A DNA stretch of 53,027 nucleotides, the filler included, from Bipalium vagum (Eukaryota): the NCBI GenBank assembly GCA_037834085.1. It is 3 parts of 3 records of this genome, joined end to end, with 100 filler letters (N's around TTAATTAATTAA, not from the genome) between each part and the next. Parts side by side here need not be neighbours in the genome. Positions count along the whole stretch, not along the records: positions 1 to 19,611 come from JBBMKC010271277.1; positions 19,712 to 36,191 come from JBBMKC010103502.1; 1 more part is not named here. The stretch is one strand, 5' to 3'. A program made the position numbers and the translations under genes. Below, one piece after another: positions 13,251-26,863 of the stretch (position 1 is the stretch's first letter; every line of letters begins with the position of its first letter). Below the pieces are notes generated by a model. The model had not been told where the DNA came from. It ran no database searches and worked only from the letters and a program-made list of their open reading frames with translations.

Positions 13251-15010
13251 ACAGAATCGACAGACCGTTATAATGGAAATGTTAATGAAAAAATCTATAA
13301 TTATGGTAGAATGTTTCTCCATAGAAGTTGTGATTAGATTGTTACTGAATTAGGTGACGTATAGTACAACTCATATTTTAGTTCATCTTGCGTTTGAATG
13401 TTTAATAAAAATTACGTCATAATGTAATCCGTGATATGTAGGCTGCATAAATGCCTAAGATAATATTGCAAAAATAGAATTAAGATATTGGCATTATATT
13501 GTAAGCTTTGAAAATATATAATGTAGTCTCATTTTTAATGATCTTAGTCTGAAGCAGAAAATATATTGATAACCTAATATATTCGGACTGAATGTTTCTA
13601 TTAATACAAAAAGGAGTCTAAACAACTAATTTCAGAAGGTATCGTTTCGTCACAATTGTTTATATATGTGGTAGTTGCTGAACCACTTTTATGGTCAGCA
13701 ATAACAAAGAATCGAAGGCATTGATACATTGACTATCAGTTCCCTATTCGTAAACGATAAGAAACTAGGAAAGAAAGTTCAATAATCTGTAGACTGATTT
13801 TCTATTTCACTCGATCCAACTTGAATGAATTTCTTCTAGAGATATCTGAACAAAAACACTGTTTTCAATGACTGAGCTGAAGTTCAAAACCAATAACGAG
13901 GTAGAAGATATCGGATATGTCAGAAAACATTTAAATATAGTCTCAAAAAACACAAATAACAAACTGTCAGATTATATATTCAAATATTTTAATTTCTCTT
14001 TAAATAAATGTTATTCTAAAAATAAGTGTTATGCAATCTTTATCTTTATTGATTATTAAAACAATTGAAATAAATTATGGTAACATACATAACCAATATC
14101 TTTGTAGTTAAAAATTTCTTTGAAATAACAATTCTTGTGACTGAAATAAAAGATAATTGGAACCAGATACAACGTGTACAGAACCCTGTCACGAATAAAA
14201 TCTATTATTATCATAAACAAAAGAATTTCATATTGGAAAAATGCTCAAATTTTCAAAAGAATAGTATTTTTAATAAAAATATTAATTATTTAATATTTAT
14301 AAATATGAACTTTATATAAGAAAAATTCTAACAAAATGAGTATAAAAATAAAATATTGATTAGCAATATAATTTTTTCTATTTAAAAAAATTGTCAAAAT
14401 AATATAATTTCCGCATCAATAAATATTTACTTGCCATTTTAGTGATATTAATGAAATAAAATATCAATATATGATAATTTATTCAGTGGAAATGAATTCA
14501 TTAAAACATTAATGGCAATTTTTAATTTTTATAATAATATTATCAGAATAATTATGATAAAAATATAGATGGATTTAATATTTTATTTTTCTTTATTTTA
14601 ACATTGATATTTTGAAAGGAAAATTCATGAGCAAATTCTCTTTTCAAAATACAAAATTTATATTTCTCTTAGAATCTTTTAGAAAAGTCATCATAAATTT
14701 TATACTTTATTAAATTTGAATGGAATCCATTAAAACAAATTTCCCAATTCAGAAATCTCAAATCAATATTTCTCTCATAATTCTGTAAACAGTTTCCACT
14801 TACCTAAGGAAATATGGCAAAATATATTCCTAATAAAGAAAATTTGATATGAAAACACTTCAAGCATTAAGATAAAAATATTAAGATAACCATCAGTTTT
14901 CTTTTCCCCATATTTTTATGTTTCGTACATTTTACATTTCAGGATGGACGGTTTTACGCATCATTTGGAACAACAAAAATTTTTAACAATTTTATTTTTA
15001 TTTTTATAAT

Positions 15011-15088
15011 AATTTTTAATAATTTTTAATAATTTTTAATAATTTTTAATAATTTTTAATAATTTTTAATAATTTTTAATAATTTTTA
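15011..15088. repeat. Tandem 10-mer (AATTTTTAAT) x ~8
   Basis: Perfect repeats visible directly. Confidence 0.95.
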
Positions 15089-17239
15089 TTTCTCTTTATA
15101 ATTTGTGAATAATTATTAATTATATAATTTTTTACTTCACAAAAATTTCGTTCACCAAAATTATTTTCAAGATTTTCTTTTAATGAACACATTTGAATTA
15201 AATAAATAAATTTTTTTTTTATAAAATTTACAAAAATCATTTAACCTTGTTGATGACCAATTAACATATTTTCAGATTTTCACGCTTATGACCAACAAAT
15301 AACAAAAATAATCAAAATGGTTCCATGTTAGGAAGATTGAGACTGGGACCACGGAATTTAATATATAAGAGGTGAACCATTTAAACAAAAAAATTAGTTT
15401 TGCAATTTAATTAATATCTGTTACCGTACGATTGATATTTTCGTGGAGAAATTTTTCTTTGAAAAATGATATTTTATTTACCACTTTTTAGATCATGTTT
15501 TACCTTTCATGGTTAAATACTTTATCTAAAAAAGGTTGCCCAATATTCATTACAATTCAGGAAGTCTTCTAAGATTTAAGCTCCATCATTTTCATCTGAG
15601 GAGAAATACTTCGTGGAAATTGTCAATTGAAATATTTTCACAATAGACCGAAATTATTAATTAATCAAAATATTTTTAAAGTTTGAAAAATAAATAAATG
15701 TTCAACTCTAGACAGAAAAAATATGTCGAAAAATGAACTACATAAATAAATTTAACTCTAAATTCTGAAAAAAAACCAATTTATAAATGAAGATTTTTCG
15801 CAATGAATTTTTGTACATATAAATCTAAATATTTGTTTAAAATAATTTTCTTAAAATAAATAAAAACTTAATCAATTTTTATCCTTGTTATGTTAGGATT
15901 AAAATTGTGAAGTTGTAAAAATGTTTACTAATTATAGGAAAATATAAAAATTTTGTAAATAATATATTTTAATGATGAATAACAATAATAAAATGAAAAA
16001 TAAAATAATAATTATTATTACTATAGAAACAATAAAAATTAATATAATATATATATATCATTAAAATATTATATATTTTATATTTTAGTATTTATTATAT
16101 TATTATTATTATTAATTTATTATTATTATTGATAATTATTAATTGATTTTATTATATTTTAATGATGGACACAATAAAATAATAATTATAATATTTATTA
16201 TTATAAAATATTTTTAAAATTAAATAATATATATGTTATATTTTATTATAATAATTAATTATTATAATCATATTAAAAATCTGAGAGTAAAAATATTAAT
16301 AAATGAAATAATAATACTAGTAATAATAATTTTATAAATATTTTTTGAAATTATTTTTCTTAAAATGAAATTTTTAAAATAAAACTTTTTAATCAATTAT
16401 TATATTTTATGGAAATGCCCTAAGATGGATGAAAAAAATGTTGTGATTAATAAAAGAATTCGAGTCCCAGTTTTCAATTCACTTAAGAATGTTCATTCTG
16501 ACAGGACAGTCACGGCTGCTTCTGCTATTAAAATTTTTGATTTTCATGTCATTTTTTGATATGAACCAAGGAGGCAATTAGGATTGTGAAATAATTAATT
16601 AAATAATTTATCGAAATATATCCCATTCTCTTTCAACTTCCATCAGGGTTGAGATTTGACAAATTTTACAAATGGAAACATAAAATCAATTAACATAATA
16701 TTTGTAAATATAATTAATGTCTATTTTCCTTAGCCGGTAAATATTTATTTAATTTCCATAATTATGGAAATAGATAATAATATTTTTCTTTCACACTCCG
16801 TTATAAAATTGTTCAAATCTTCATTATCTTCGGCTTGGTCTTAAATATAGCCGAGACAAATTTCTCTATAATATTTGAAGTAACAAGTTTTGTTTGTGAA
16901 AATAAATTATTTTTTAGATAAATATTAAATAATTTTCACAATATATATTGTAAAAAATGAGAGAGAAGGACGAAATTGATGACAATTCGACCATTGAAAT
17001 TTTTCAATTTTGGAAATAGGAATTTCTTGAAGGAAAATTAACTTTCCAAGAGTTTGATACTTCAATTAATTTTCAATTTATTATTGAAAATTCCCTAGAA
17101 TATTATTTCGTACATTTCTTTAATCAATTTGACGAAGACCGATAATAAAACTCATCTGACTTATTTCAATTATTCTAAAATCATTTTTAATATTATTTTA
17201 TTTTACTGATAATGTAAATAAAGAAATGTTTTATATATA

Positions 17240-17900
17240 TTTGCTTCACGATAATACGAAACCTTGCATTTCTCACGTGACTTTAACTACAGTTGCATGA
17301 TTTTCATTGATGACGTTTTATCTCATCCATCTTATTCCCCGGATCTTTCACCACAGATTTTCATCTGTTCTATGAAAATGGATGCATTCTTTCGACCAAA
17401 TTTTCCCCGTTCATAATACCCTTACTTATGTATGAATTTTATTATAATATTTTAAAAGTAAAATATGACAATGAAATTGAACTATTTTATCAAGATATTG
17501 ATTCATCTGTATTGAATATAAAAACTGAGAATCTTTAAAAAGATTTAAATAATTAAAATGATCTGGTGGATTTTTCAGAATACACAGAAAATGAGTTTCC
17601 TCTAAATATAAGATTAGTAAAAGAAGCTTATATAAAAAAAATGAAATTAGAAAAAATTAATGTTGAATTAAAAGGAGAAATGATGATAAAATTTTCTATA
17701 TTGAAATCATAAAAAATTTCAAATTTTCGATTGTAGAAGACAGGGGTATTATCAAAAAGAAAATTCTAAATTATTATTCAGTTTGCTGGGTGCTTGAACA
17801 GCAATGGGAAATATTTTAATTAAAAAAACTTATTTATAGGATTTTAATAAATTATTTTATTTAATATTGAAAATCTGCAATTTTATACTGACCAACCTAA
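17240..17900 (+). mobile_element. Mariner 3' fragments (catalytic motif plus 3' TIR) with unrelated sequence in between
   Basis: HPSYSPDLSP..FHLF at ~17324-17370, and a TIR-like end ...ctgaccaacctaa followed by TA at 17900. Confidence 0.7.
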
Positions 17901-18594
17901 TAATAACAATATTATATAAAATATATTAAAATTAATATAAAAAATAATAATATAAAATATTAAAATAATATAATTTATATAATAATATCATTATTAATTA
18001 TTTCAAATTATCTAACTTAAATTTTATATATTTTCGCAAACATCTTCAAATTTCATAAAGAAAATAAATTTATTTAATATTAATTTATAAAATATTATAT
18101 TTTTCAATTTCCAGACAAACGGCTTCAATCAAATTAATTCGATTCATTATATTTTTAATTGCTTTCAAATTAATTTTTCTTTTTGCCGTCCAGCTGGAAA
18201 ATGACATTTTAACCATATCGGAAAACGTTTGCTTCAAATTCCCTGAAATTTAGATAGACGAAGTCTACATTTTCGTATGACTGACTATAATTAGCTATCC
18301 AAAAATGCAAACCGAACAAAGTTGGCTTAGAGAGCAAAAAATGATAATGAAATTGTCAGGTTCACTTAAAATAATGTAAAAATCCTGAATACAAAAATAT
18401 AAGGGTTTTTTCTTTTTTTTTAACTATAAATTTACAAGCATTCCTTTATTTAATCATGGTAATTAAAATAATAATAATTATTCTTTTATTATTTCTGACA
18501 ATAATATTTTTAATGACTATTATTAATATTTATAATTATTTTTATATTAAATTTCTGACCATAAATCTAATTTTAATAATTTAAAATTAAATCC

Positions 18595-18800
18595 GAGGAC
18601 AATTTAAAAATAAGAGAATATGTCATACGTAAAACATATATAACAACACTGAACTGTACGTTCTTTAACATAGTCATCATCCAATGCTTACATAATGTTA
18701 CGAATTGCCTCGTCTGCAGAATGTTTTACCTTGGACTCATGAAACATACATATCCTAATTTGCTCAGATGTCATGGTCAGTTTTGCTTATACTAATAAAA
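18595..18800 (-). mobile_element. Mariner N-terminal fragment
   Basis: Minus strand gives MTSEQIRICMFHESKVKHSADEAIRNIM*ALDDDYVKERTVQC, the mariner HTH. Confidence 0.8.
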
Positions 18801-19611
18801 AATCAATTTAGAGTGGTAAAACAAAATGTATTAAAAACTTTAATTATAATTCAATTAAATTTGTAAAACTTATTTAATTAACTCAAAGTTTATGTCGATT
18901 AATATTCAACTAAAACATTACATTATTTTTTTCATAACTGGATAAAGTGTTATGCTCAATTGTACATAGTAATGTAGAAATCAATATAGTTTTTTATTAA
19001 TAAAAAATCTCAATTAACAGTTTATTGTTCATTTTGATCCAAAATCTTCTAAAAGGCAACTATAATATTCCATTAGTGTAGAACATCTTGTTATTATTTG
19101 CGAGGAACTGGTTACAAGCTTCATTTGAATAGAGGATTCTGGTATCCAGAGAATGTTTCAGTGAGCAAAATAGATAAAAATATGAAGGTACTAGGTCGGT
19201 TGAATGTGGCCGAACTGGTAAAAATTACACTTTTGAGTCCTACCACAAGGAAAATATCATACTTTCTGTTTCTTGCCTGATTTAGATTGTAGTTTTTGTA
19301 GTTATTACTTTTCTCATCTTTCGTTATTCTCGGCTATTTCAAATTTAAATAAAAAATGTCAGATTTCAATGGAATATTGTCAATCATTTTTGTAAGTAAC
19401 GAAAAATGAGAACATCAAAGTTTACGAAATAACCAACGTGTTCCAAATGAATCTGAGCAATAGAATTAGACAATTTTAAGTTTAATCCGACTTCAGATAT
19501 TGACTTTCTTTAACTAGAGTTTTCAATTTATTGTTATTGTGAGTATTTGAACATATTTTTGAATTTTTAAATTTTTATAAAGTGTCCTTTTTAAAACTCG
19601 ATATTCGAAGA

Positions 19612-19711
19612 NNNNNNNNNNNNNNNNNNNNNNNNNNNNNNNNNNNNNNNNNNNNTTAATTAATTAANNNNNNNNNNNNNNNNNNNNNNNNNNNNNNNNN
19701 NNNNNNNNNNN
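19612..19711. other. Artificial assembly spacer (N44-TTAATTAATTAA-N44)
   Basis: Exactly 100 nt with a six-frame-stop linker in the middle, identical to the one at 36192-36291. Confidence 0.95.
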
Positions 19712-19839
19712 TTATTATCGCTATTATTATCAATATTATTATCACTATTATTATCAATATTATTATCAATATTATTATCAATATTATTATCACTATTATT
19801 ATCAATATTATTATCACTATTATTATCATTATTATTATT
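19712..19839. repeat. 12-mer minisatellite (TTATTATCAATA / TTATTATCACTA)n abutting the gap
   Basis: About ten units visible directly; it explains the Ile-rich pseudo-ORF 19656-19862. Confidence 0.9.
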
Positions 19840-21383
19840 GGTGTTTTCGTTGTCGTGTCCATAAACTATATCAGCATTTCTTATTCAATAATACAAATGA
19901 TTGCGAAGAAGTCAGAAATACTTTGAAATGTTTCGGTACAAGAAGAATAATTGATGAGACATGTTTGAAGAAAGGAACAAGTCGTATTTCTCGCCAGAAG
20001 TGGCGGCGGTGCAAACACCTAATTGGGACTTATGATCATTAATAAACTCTAATTGACGAACTGCTCTCGTCGGGACTTCCCCAAATGGATACCATCGTCA
20101 GCGAAAAATACGAGGGCACCAAATGAGAGGCAACAGACGAATGGCTTCTGCTGTCAATAAAGAGTCAACTATTACTCTGGCGGGATACGAGGGACATATC
20201 TGTTACTGGAGAAAATCTTCCATTATTTGAAGATTGGGCATGGAAGAATTGAGTGGTTTTAATAATGTCGTCTTTTTTTGAGACAATACTTAAAATAAAT
20301 TTTTTTTTCTGAATAATTTGTTGGGTAACTAAAGGTAAAGACGAAAAATAATTGGTAACAAAGTTTTAGAACCCTCAAAATATGAATTATATTATTTTGT
20401 TCTAATTAAAAAATCTTAAATATTATATTTTGTAAATATATAAATGTATTACTTTAATAAAAAATATACTTTATTATTATGAAACATCATTTATTTTATT
20501 CGGAAATTTAATTTCAAAAAATTATTTATTTATTAAAAATGTTATTTTTAAAGATTAAAAATATATTTTTACTGACCTGACCATTTTTTGCAGTAGTAAT
20601 AATAATAATGATTATAATAATAAATAAAATAATAATTGTATTTAATTTTAAAATTAATCGAAATTTGGTGAAAGAAAATTGATTATTAAATAAAAATAAT
20701 CAATATTATATAAACATTATTTTTTATCTTAAATCTGATGATAAAAATAAATCCCCCCCCTTCCACACCTCTTTTAAAACTTGAATTTCTGGAATTTTTT
20801 AGTACACAAAAATTAATATTTTATAATTACGAAACTCTTATGTAATTGTTATTCGTTTGTTTCTTTTGACCAGTTAGAAACTGAGTCCACTTAAAGAGAA
20901 ATTATTTCAATGAAGTATAAAACCTTAAAAATGTCTCAGATAATTAATTTTTTAATAGGAAGAAAGGTTCGCCTTATGAATAATTGATTATAATAATAAA
21001 TATGGGCATAACAGAAATTTGTGTGAAATTTCGAAAATATTTTTACTTACCCTGTATAAAATATTGACCAATCAAAATTGAGCCTTTAGTTACAGAATAC
21101 GTATAATTATTTCTGTTAACTCTTTTAAAGTAAATTAATTTTAAATTTTTTGTACGTCAAGTGAAATGGTACCTTTTAAAAACATATTCCGAAGAAATTA
21201 CAAAAAAATCTTTAATCTTTTGATAAAAAAATTACTTAAAGATAGTTTTGAGAAATTTTCTCCACTTTCAAAATTTGCCGATCCCTAATTGATTTTAATA
21301 ATTAAATACCGAAAACAAGAATTATTATTATTATAAATTAATATTTATTTATAATACATATATTGGAGAAATAAGAGGTTTTG

Positions 21384-21563
21384 TTAAGAACGATTTTCCC
21401 GTTTTTCAGTCAGATAAACGATTTTATCAAAAAGTACATCTTCCTCGTCATTGATGATTGCCTGAACCCATTCCTTTTCTTTAGCTGAGTTCTCAGAAAA
21501 AATTCTCTGAAATTTGTCTTTAATATTTTCCAAGCTGAATTCCTCTCTGATATTGAACACCAT
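21384..21563 (-). CDS. Putative micro-protein A (59 aa), member of a local three-copy family
   Basis: MVFNIREEFSLENIKDKFQRIFSENSAKEKEWVQAIINDEEDVLFDKIVYLTEKRENRS* (translated by hand; below the ORF-track cutoff). Aligns from the Met with the ORFs at 27073 and 29041. Confidence 0.4.
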   Translation of the reverse strand: MVFNIREEFSLENIKDKFQRIFSENSAKEKEWVQAIINDEEDVLFDKIVYLTEKRENRS

Positions 21564-22188
21564 TTGATAGTATTTTTCTGTTTAGAATTATCATATTATT
21601 TAAACAAATTTTTTAATTTAATTAATACTTTTATTTTTCAATAATTAATTTTAAGGAATTTTAATTTATTTTTTAAATTAAAATTTTATTTATTTCTACT
21701 ACTGATAATCTGTGAATGATCGAACTAAAATTGATTTTTTGTTATCGTGAAATTCGATAACAAAAAATTAATAATTAAATTGACATGTTTTCATCACTGT
21801 AATTGGCCTTGTTTTATTAATATTTTACAATCTAATTATTCAAATATTCATATTTAGTTACAATTTTTAATCCTTAACAAATTTTTTAATTTATCGATTA
21901 AGCTTTTGTAATAATATCTTTATTGTAAAAATTGTGCGATTATTGAATTTTAAAATTAAAGTTTTTAATTGATTTGTTTTAGAATTTTAAATAATTATTA
22001 AAATATTTTAATAAATTGGTATTAATTTAAATAATTAATATATATAATTATATTAATATAATAATTAAAATTTATTTAAAATATTAAAAAATATTTTCTT
22101 CTGTTTAAATAATTTTTGTAAAAATCATTTTAAAATTTTTTAAATATCAGCATCATAATATAAAATTAATATAAAATTAATACAAAAT

Positions 22189-22227
22189 TAATAATAATAA
22201 TAATAATAATAAATAATAATAATAATA
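22189..22227. repeat. (TAA)n microsatellite
   Basis: Visible directly, with one interruption. Confidence 0.9.
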
Positions 22228-22899
22228 AAAGGCCTATTAATAAATTGAAATATTTTTTTATTATTATCCTTTAACAATTGTTTCACATTCATTAGTTTTT
22301 TGAATACCTTTTTTAGAAGAATCGATTGTTAATTGTCATTATTTGTTTGGTTCATTATTTTTTCTGAAAGATTTCTTTTTGCTCATTAATTTTAATTATT
22401 AAAGTCAATTTTAATTTTCATTATGATTTCTATAGCGAATTTTGTTTTGTAGAGGAGATCATTTTAAAGGGCTTTTATCAAAAAATTTAGAAAAATATTA
22501 AAATTTTATCCATTATATTTTACATGTTCCTTTAATTATTTTTATTTAATTTTATTCGTCTAAATATAGTCAAAGTTAAAATGGATTTGTTCATCCTTTA
22601 TTTAAGGATAATCTTGTAGACAATAATTAATGTTGAAGGGTTTTTGATAAGGTTGGTGCATACACCGTAAATTCAACAATTAAATTCTGTCAAATTATTA
22701 TTCCTTATATCTCTCACTTTTATTTAAATGCCTTTTCTTCTAAAAATATTCATTTTTGAAAGATTCTCCAAATTTTATTACAGATCCCTTTAAGATCAGC
22801 ACATTTTTGACAATTTCTTCGCAACAAAATAACCATGATAATATTGTTTACTTAATTATTTACTCAGACTTTGATGCTATCTTTTCAGGTAAAACAAGC

Positions 22900-23520
22900 T
22901 CGGTTTTACCTGAAAAGATAGCCCATCCCTCACCGTGATGTCCACAGGTTTCTTGATATTCGAAAATGGTGTGAGGATATTACCATTTTCGATATCGCAA
23001 ATTTACACTGCCCTAATGGAATGAAGCACGATATCCGGTTTCAAGTTTTCATATTTTTTGTCATTCACACGCTGTTCTGCTTTGGATATGTTCGTTTAAG
23101 TTTCATGTTTTCCTGAAATGATATAATGCATTTTATCCACAGATTAAAAGACCTTTAACAAATGAAAATCCAAAAAACACAGAAAAAATAGATTTACTGG
23201 AAGATCAAGCAGTGTATCTCGTTGGTTATGAGGATATTTGATCACAAATTGAAACCATCAAGGTGTAACATATGGCTTCGAAAATGAATCAAGCTGGAAC
23301 TAAAGAAGTCTGTTTGCGAATGAAGACGACATCAAACAAATAGTTTAGTACCTGTGGTAGCCCTTGTCTAAAAAGTCGATTGACTGAGAAGTCTCGGAAA
23401 ACGTTTAGTACAATACAAACATTGTTCCTCCTGATTATCAGATTTTTGAGTAGATGCAAATTCTTTGAATTTTTAGAGTTTGGTATGTTTCTATCGCTCA
23501 CATATTTCTGACATCTTAAA
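22900..23520 (-). mobile_element. Decayed LINE reverse transcriptase fragment
   Basis: ORF 23289-23501 contains VLNVFRDFSVNRLFRQGLPQVLNYLFDVV, resembling the RT motif FxVxRGVRQGxPLSPxLFN. Confidence 0.5.
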
Positions 23521-23629
23521 TATTATAATAACATACACGCTTTGCTTGGAAACATGTTTGTTTAAGTAAATTATTATTGATTATATTGATATAAAAGTCC
23601 TCATAATTTATTTAAATTAACCGACTCAT

Positions 23630-25025
23630 TTCAGATGATAAAATGTATATTCGCTACTGCATGTTGTTCCTTTCAATCCATAAAAAACTTCTACCGAAAC
23701 AACCCGATTAATTTGCAAAACTTATGGTAATTAAACAATAGCCAAGAACACATGTCACAAGTGATTCAGAAGATTTAGAAGCGGTGATATTGATTTAAAA
23801 GATATAGAGTGAATATAAGTCGAAGTGCGATCAACTGCCATTAGACACCTTTTTATTTCTCTTATCGAAGAGTATCCAATTCTTAATAAAAAGGCAATCA
23901 ACGTCTTACTGCAATTCTCAAATTGGTACCTAGATGAACTTGGATTTTCTTACCTAACCAACATTAAAAATAAAAACCGTTGAAGAAAAGGTAAGAGTAT
24001 GTCTTTCTCACATTCGTTCAAAAATTGCACCAGTAGTAAAGAAGCACCAGGCACAACTCTCCCACTGATATTCACCATTATTATTCTATACCCAATACTG
24101 TACTTATAACATTAATTTATTGTGAATAAAATTCTCCTTATATGATTTTCTTTGTTTTATATTATTTCATTGGAAGAAGTCTGTATGAGTAAAAATTATT
24201 TCTTTTTGTGATAGGTATATCGCGATGTAAAAAAGGTTAGAAACCACTGATATAGACCGAGTCGGTGGTCACAATAAACGAATTTAAACTATGTGGAAAC
24301 GCTTTAAAAGAAAAATCGACTCAATCGAGTGTAGAGCTGACGAGAAAATTGTATGTTTATCAGAGCACTGTAATTCGGCGGTTGGATCAGATAGCGAAAT
24401 TTTTGAATGAAGGAGAATTTATTTCTCATGAATTATCAAGTACAATATGATCAATCGATTCAACATTTGTCTTTCCTTCTCTGTAGACACGAACAAAAGT
24501 ATTTTTGTATAAAATTATGACCAGAGACGAAAATTAGATATATTATTATAATCTCAATAGCAAAAGATAACCGGAATCTTTACAGCCAAAAAAAATATTC
24601 ATAGTCACAGAATCCTCATAGGTATCTGGTGGGACAACAAGGGTGTATTATTATGAAATATTAAAACCGAGTGAGACTGTTACTGCGGAATTATACAGTC
24701 GTTATTTAAAACAGTTGAACGACCAGATCATGCCAAACTGCATGTAGCATAAAGAATGAAGGAAACTTTTGTAGACTTAAAATGAAAAATTTTACAACAC
24801 CTGTTATATTCCCCGGGTATTATCCTAATGAATTTTAATCTATTCCGTTTCATGCAATATAATCTTTTCAATGTTAACTTTAGTAATGTTGAAGAGGTGC
24901 AGAAATTCATTGATAAGTTTATTCATTTCAATCCCAAATTATTTTTTCATCGTGGTATTCATCTTTTGACTGTAAGATAGGAAAAATTAGTTAATAATGA
25001 TGGGAATTATTTTGAACCAGAACTA
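23630..25025 (+). mobile_element. Degenerate mariner split by a hAT insertion
   Basis: FRRFRSGDIDLKDI before the insertion, then STQSSVELTRKLYVYQSTVIRRL..ISHEL, IMTRDE, IWWDNKGV, KPSETVTAELYS and VNNDGNYF after it. Confidence 0.85.
23810..24249 (+). mobile_element. hAT (Charlie/Buster-like) 3' fragment nested in the mariner
   Basis: EYPILNKKAINVLLQFSNWYLDELGFSYLTNIKNKNR...KKHQAQLSH* is the hAT C-terminal dimerisation region. The 3' TIR is ...aaggttagaaaccactg, and the 8-bp TSD is atatagag (23802-23809) / atatagac (24250-24257). Confidence 0.85.
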
Positions 25026-26863
25026 TAATGTAAGAAAGAAAACCTTGTATTGAGAGATATTAAGAGAGGGATGAAGACAACGTAATGTTAATAGAAATTA
25101 ATATACCAAAATCAAATAAGAGTTAACATAAATGATTGGACAGTTACGCTATCAAGGAAGAAGTACTTGAAAATAATTGATTTTGTATTTAGTGAGACTT
25201 TAAAACAAAAACAATAATGTTTTATTAAAAAGTATAAAAATAATACACATTAATATTAAATAGGTAAAATATTTGATAGTTTGTAAAAACAATTTAATTT
25301 GAGGCACTTGGTCAAGACATGACAGAATTTTTTATTTAAAAGAACTGTCATCAAAATACTTCTTGAAGGCATCGTTCTGATAGGATCTACAGTTTTCAAC
25401 CTCAATATATCACAGCCAAACTAAAAAGAACCAGGACCTATAACCATTCAATCAAGCAGCTATAATCAATCAACCAGTTTAAATCCCTAAAAAATTTGAT
25501 TCATCCTTAAAAACATTATGTGATTGATTTTGAAAACATTTTTGTTATTTTATTAATTGATTGATTTCTGCTTAGATCAAATATTGTTTATTCGGCTCCG
25601 AATTAAGATAAATTTCATTTAAAACATAAAAATATTAATAAGGTAACAAATTAATTAAAATAAATTAACACATTTTAAAAATTACTAAACATAGATAATA
25701 TTAGTTAAAATAAATAAAACTTACTGAAAGTAGAAAAATTTACTATAAATAAATAAATTATAAGGAGCGTACAATAATTAAGAATTATTCTCTCATGATA
25801 GTAAATATTGTTCAAAATTAGTAAAATTTATACAAAAATAGTAATTTTTACAATGAGCCAATCAAAATGCTTAAAATCTGACAACGGGCCTACATAAACC
25901 CCTGTTTTCAACCATAATAAGGCACAAAAAAATGTCTAATTTAGAAAAAAATGTGAAAGAATTTTGATTTAAAGGAAACGAGAGTAATCAATTAACGTGT
26001 AAACGGAAAAAGAAGAACTAAAAATAGAATAAAAGTAAAAAATTAATTAATTAACATTTGAAAATTAAAACACCTTTTTTATATTGTTTTCCCGCATTAC
26101 TACTCTACTAATCTCTAGGGCTTAGAGCACGATTTTCATAATTTAGAACCTCTTTGGTTTTTGCTAATCAAGAGGATATAGCTATAATTAATCCAATCAT
26201 AAAAGATGTAATTGTAAAATTTGTGTATAAAAAATACATATTTGAAAATCCTACTGTTATTTTAGTGTTTTTCCATTTCCCTTTTCATATACACTTCCTT
26301 CCCAAAGTGAGTTGGTGAAAATTTAAGAAAACTTTTATAAAAAGCAATACATAAAGTTTGTCGATGTTCAACCTCGACATCTCTAAACATTTGAAACACT
26401 CTTTTAATAAATTAAACATGAGAATAATTATCCGGGTAACAGAATTTCGTAATTAAAATTTATTAGAAAAAGCAAAAGTATTATTTTTGTTTAAATATTC
26501 AAAAATTGGTGGCGAATTCGAAATAGAATCAAAAACAGATTTTCATTGAGATAACTTAGTGGAAAATAAATAATTTCAAACTTTAGCAGAGGAATTACCG
26601 AGGAAAAAATGAAGATAAAGATTTAAATTTATTTTAAAATAATTTACGAATTCAACTATTAGAATATTTTCACTTTTACAGAATTTAGTCACTTAAGGAT
26701 CGATAATTAACGACATAGGCCCACATTTCCTTTATGGTAATTTTTATTTTCCAAAATATATTTTTAACAAAAAATATGTATTAATATATTAATAATATTA
26801 ATTAAAGTTAAAATCTTTCAATGGTTCATAAAAACAATAAATTTTATTTCAACTGGTTAATTG

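Noticed and set aside
11751-15390. Shared gtgaaccatttaaacaaaa at ~11751 and ~15372
   Set aside because: Probably remnant termini of a Tc1/mariner-superfamily element; too short to support more.
19656-19667. TTAATTAATTAA palindrome centred in both N runs (also 36236-36247)
   Set aside because: It is the same 100-nt construct twice with stops in all six frames, so it is an assembly linker. Adjacency of the three contigs is therefore not guaranteed.
19656-19862. Ile-rich 68-aa ORF
   Set aside because: Translation of a TTATTATCAATA minisatellite running into Ns.
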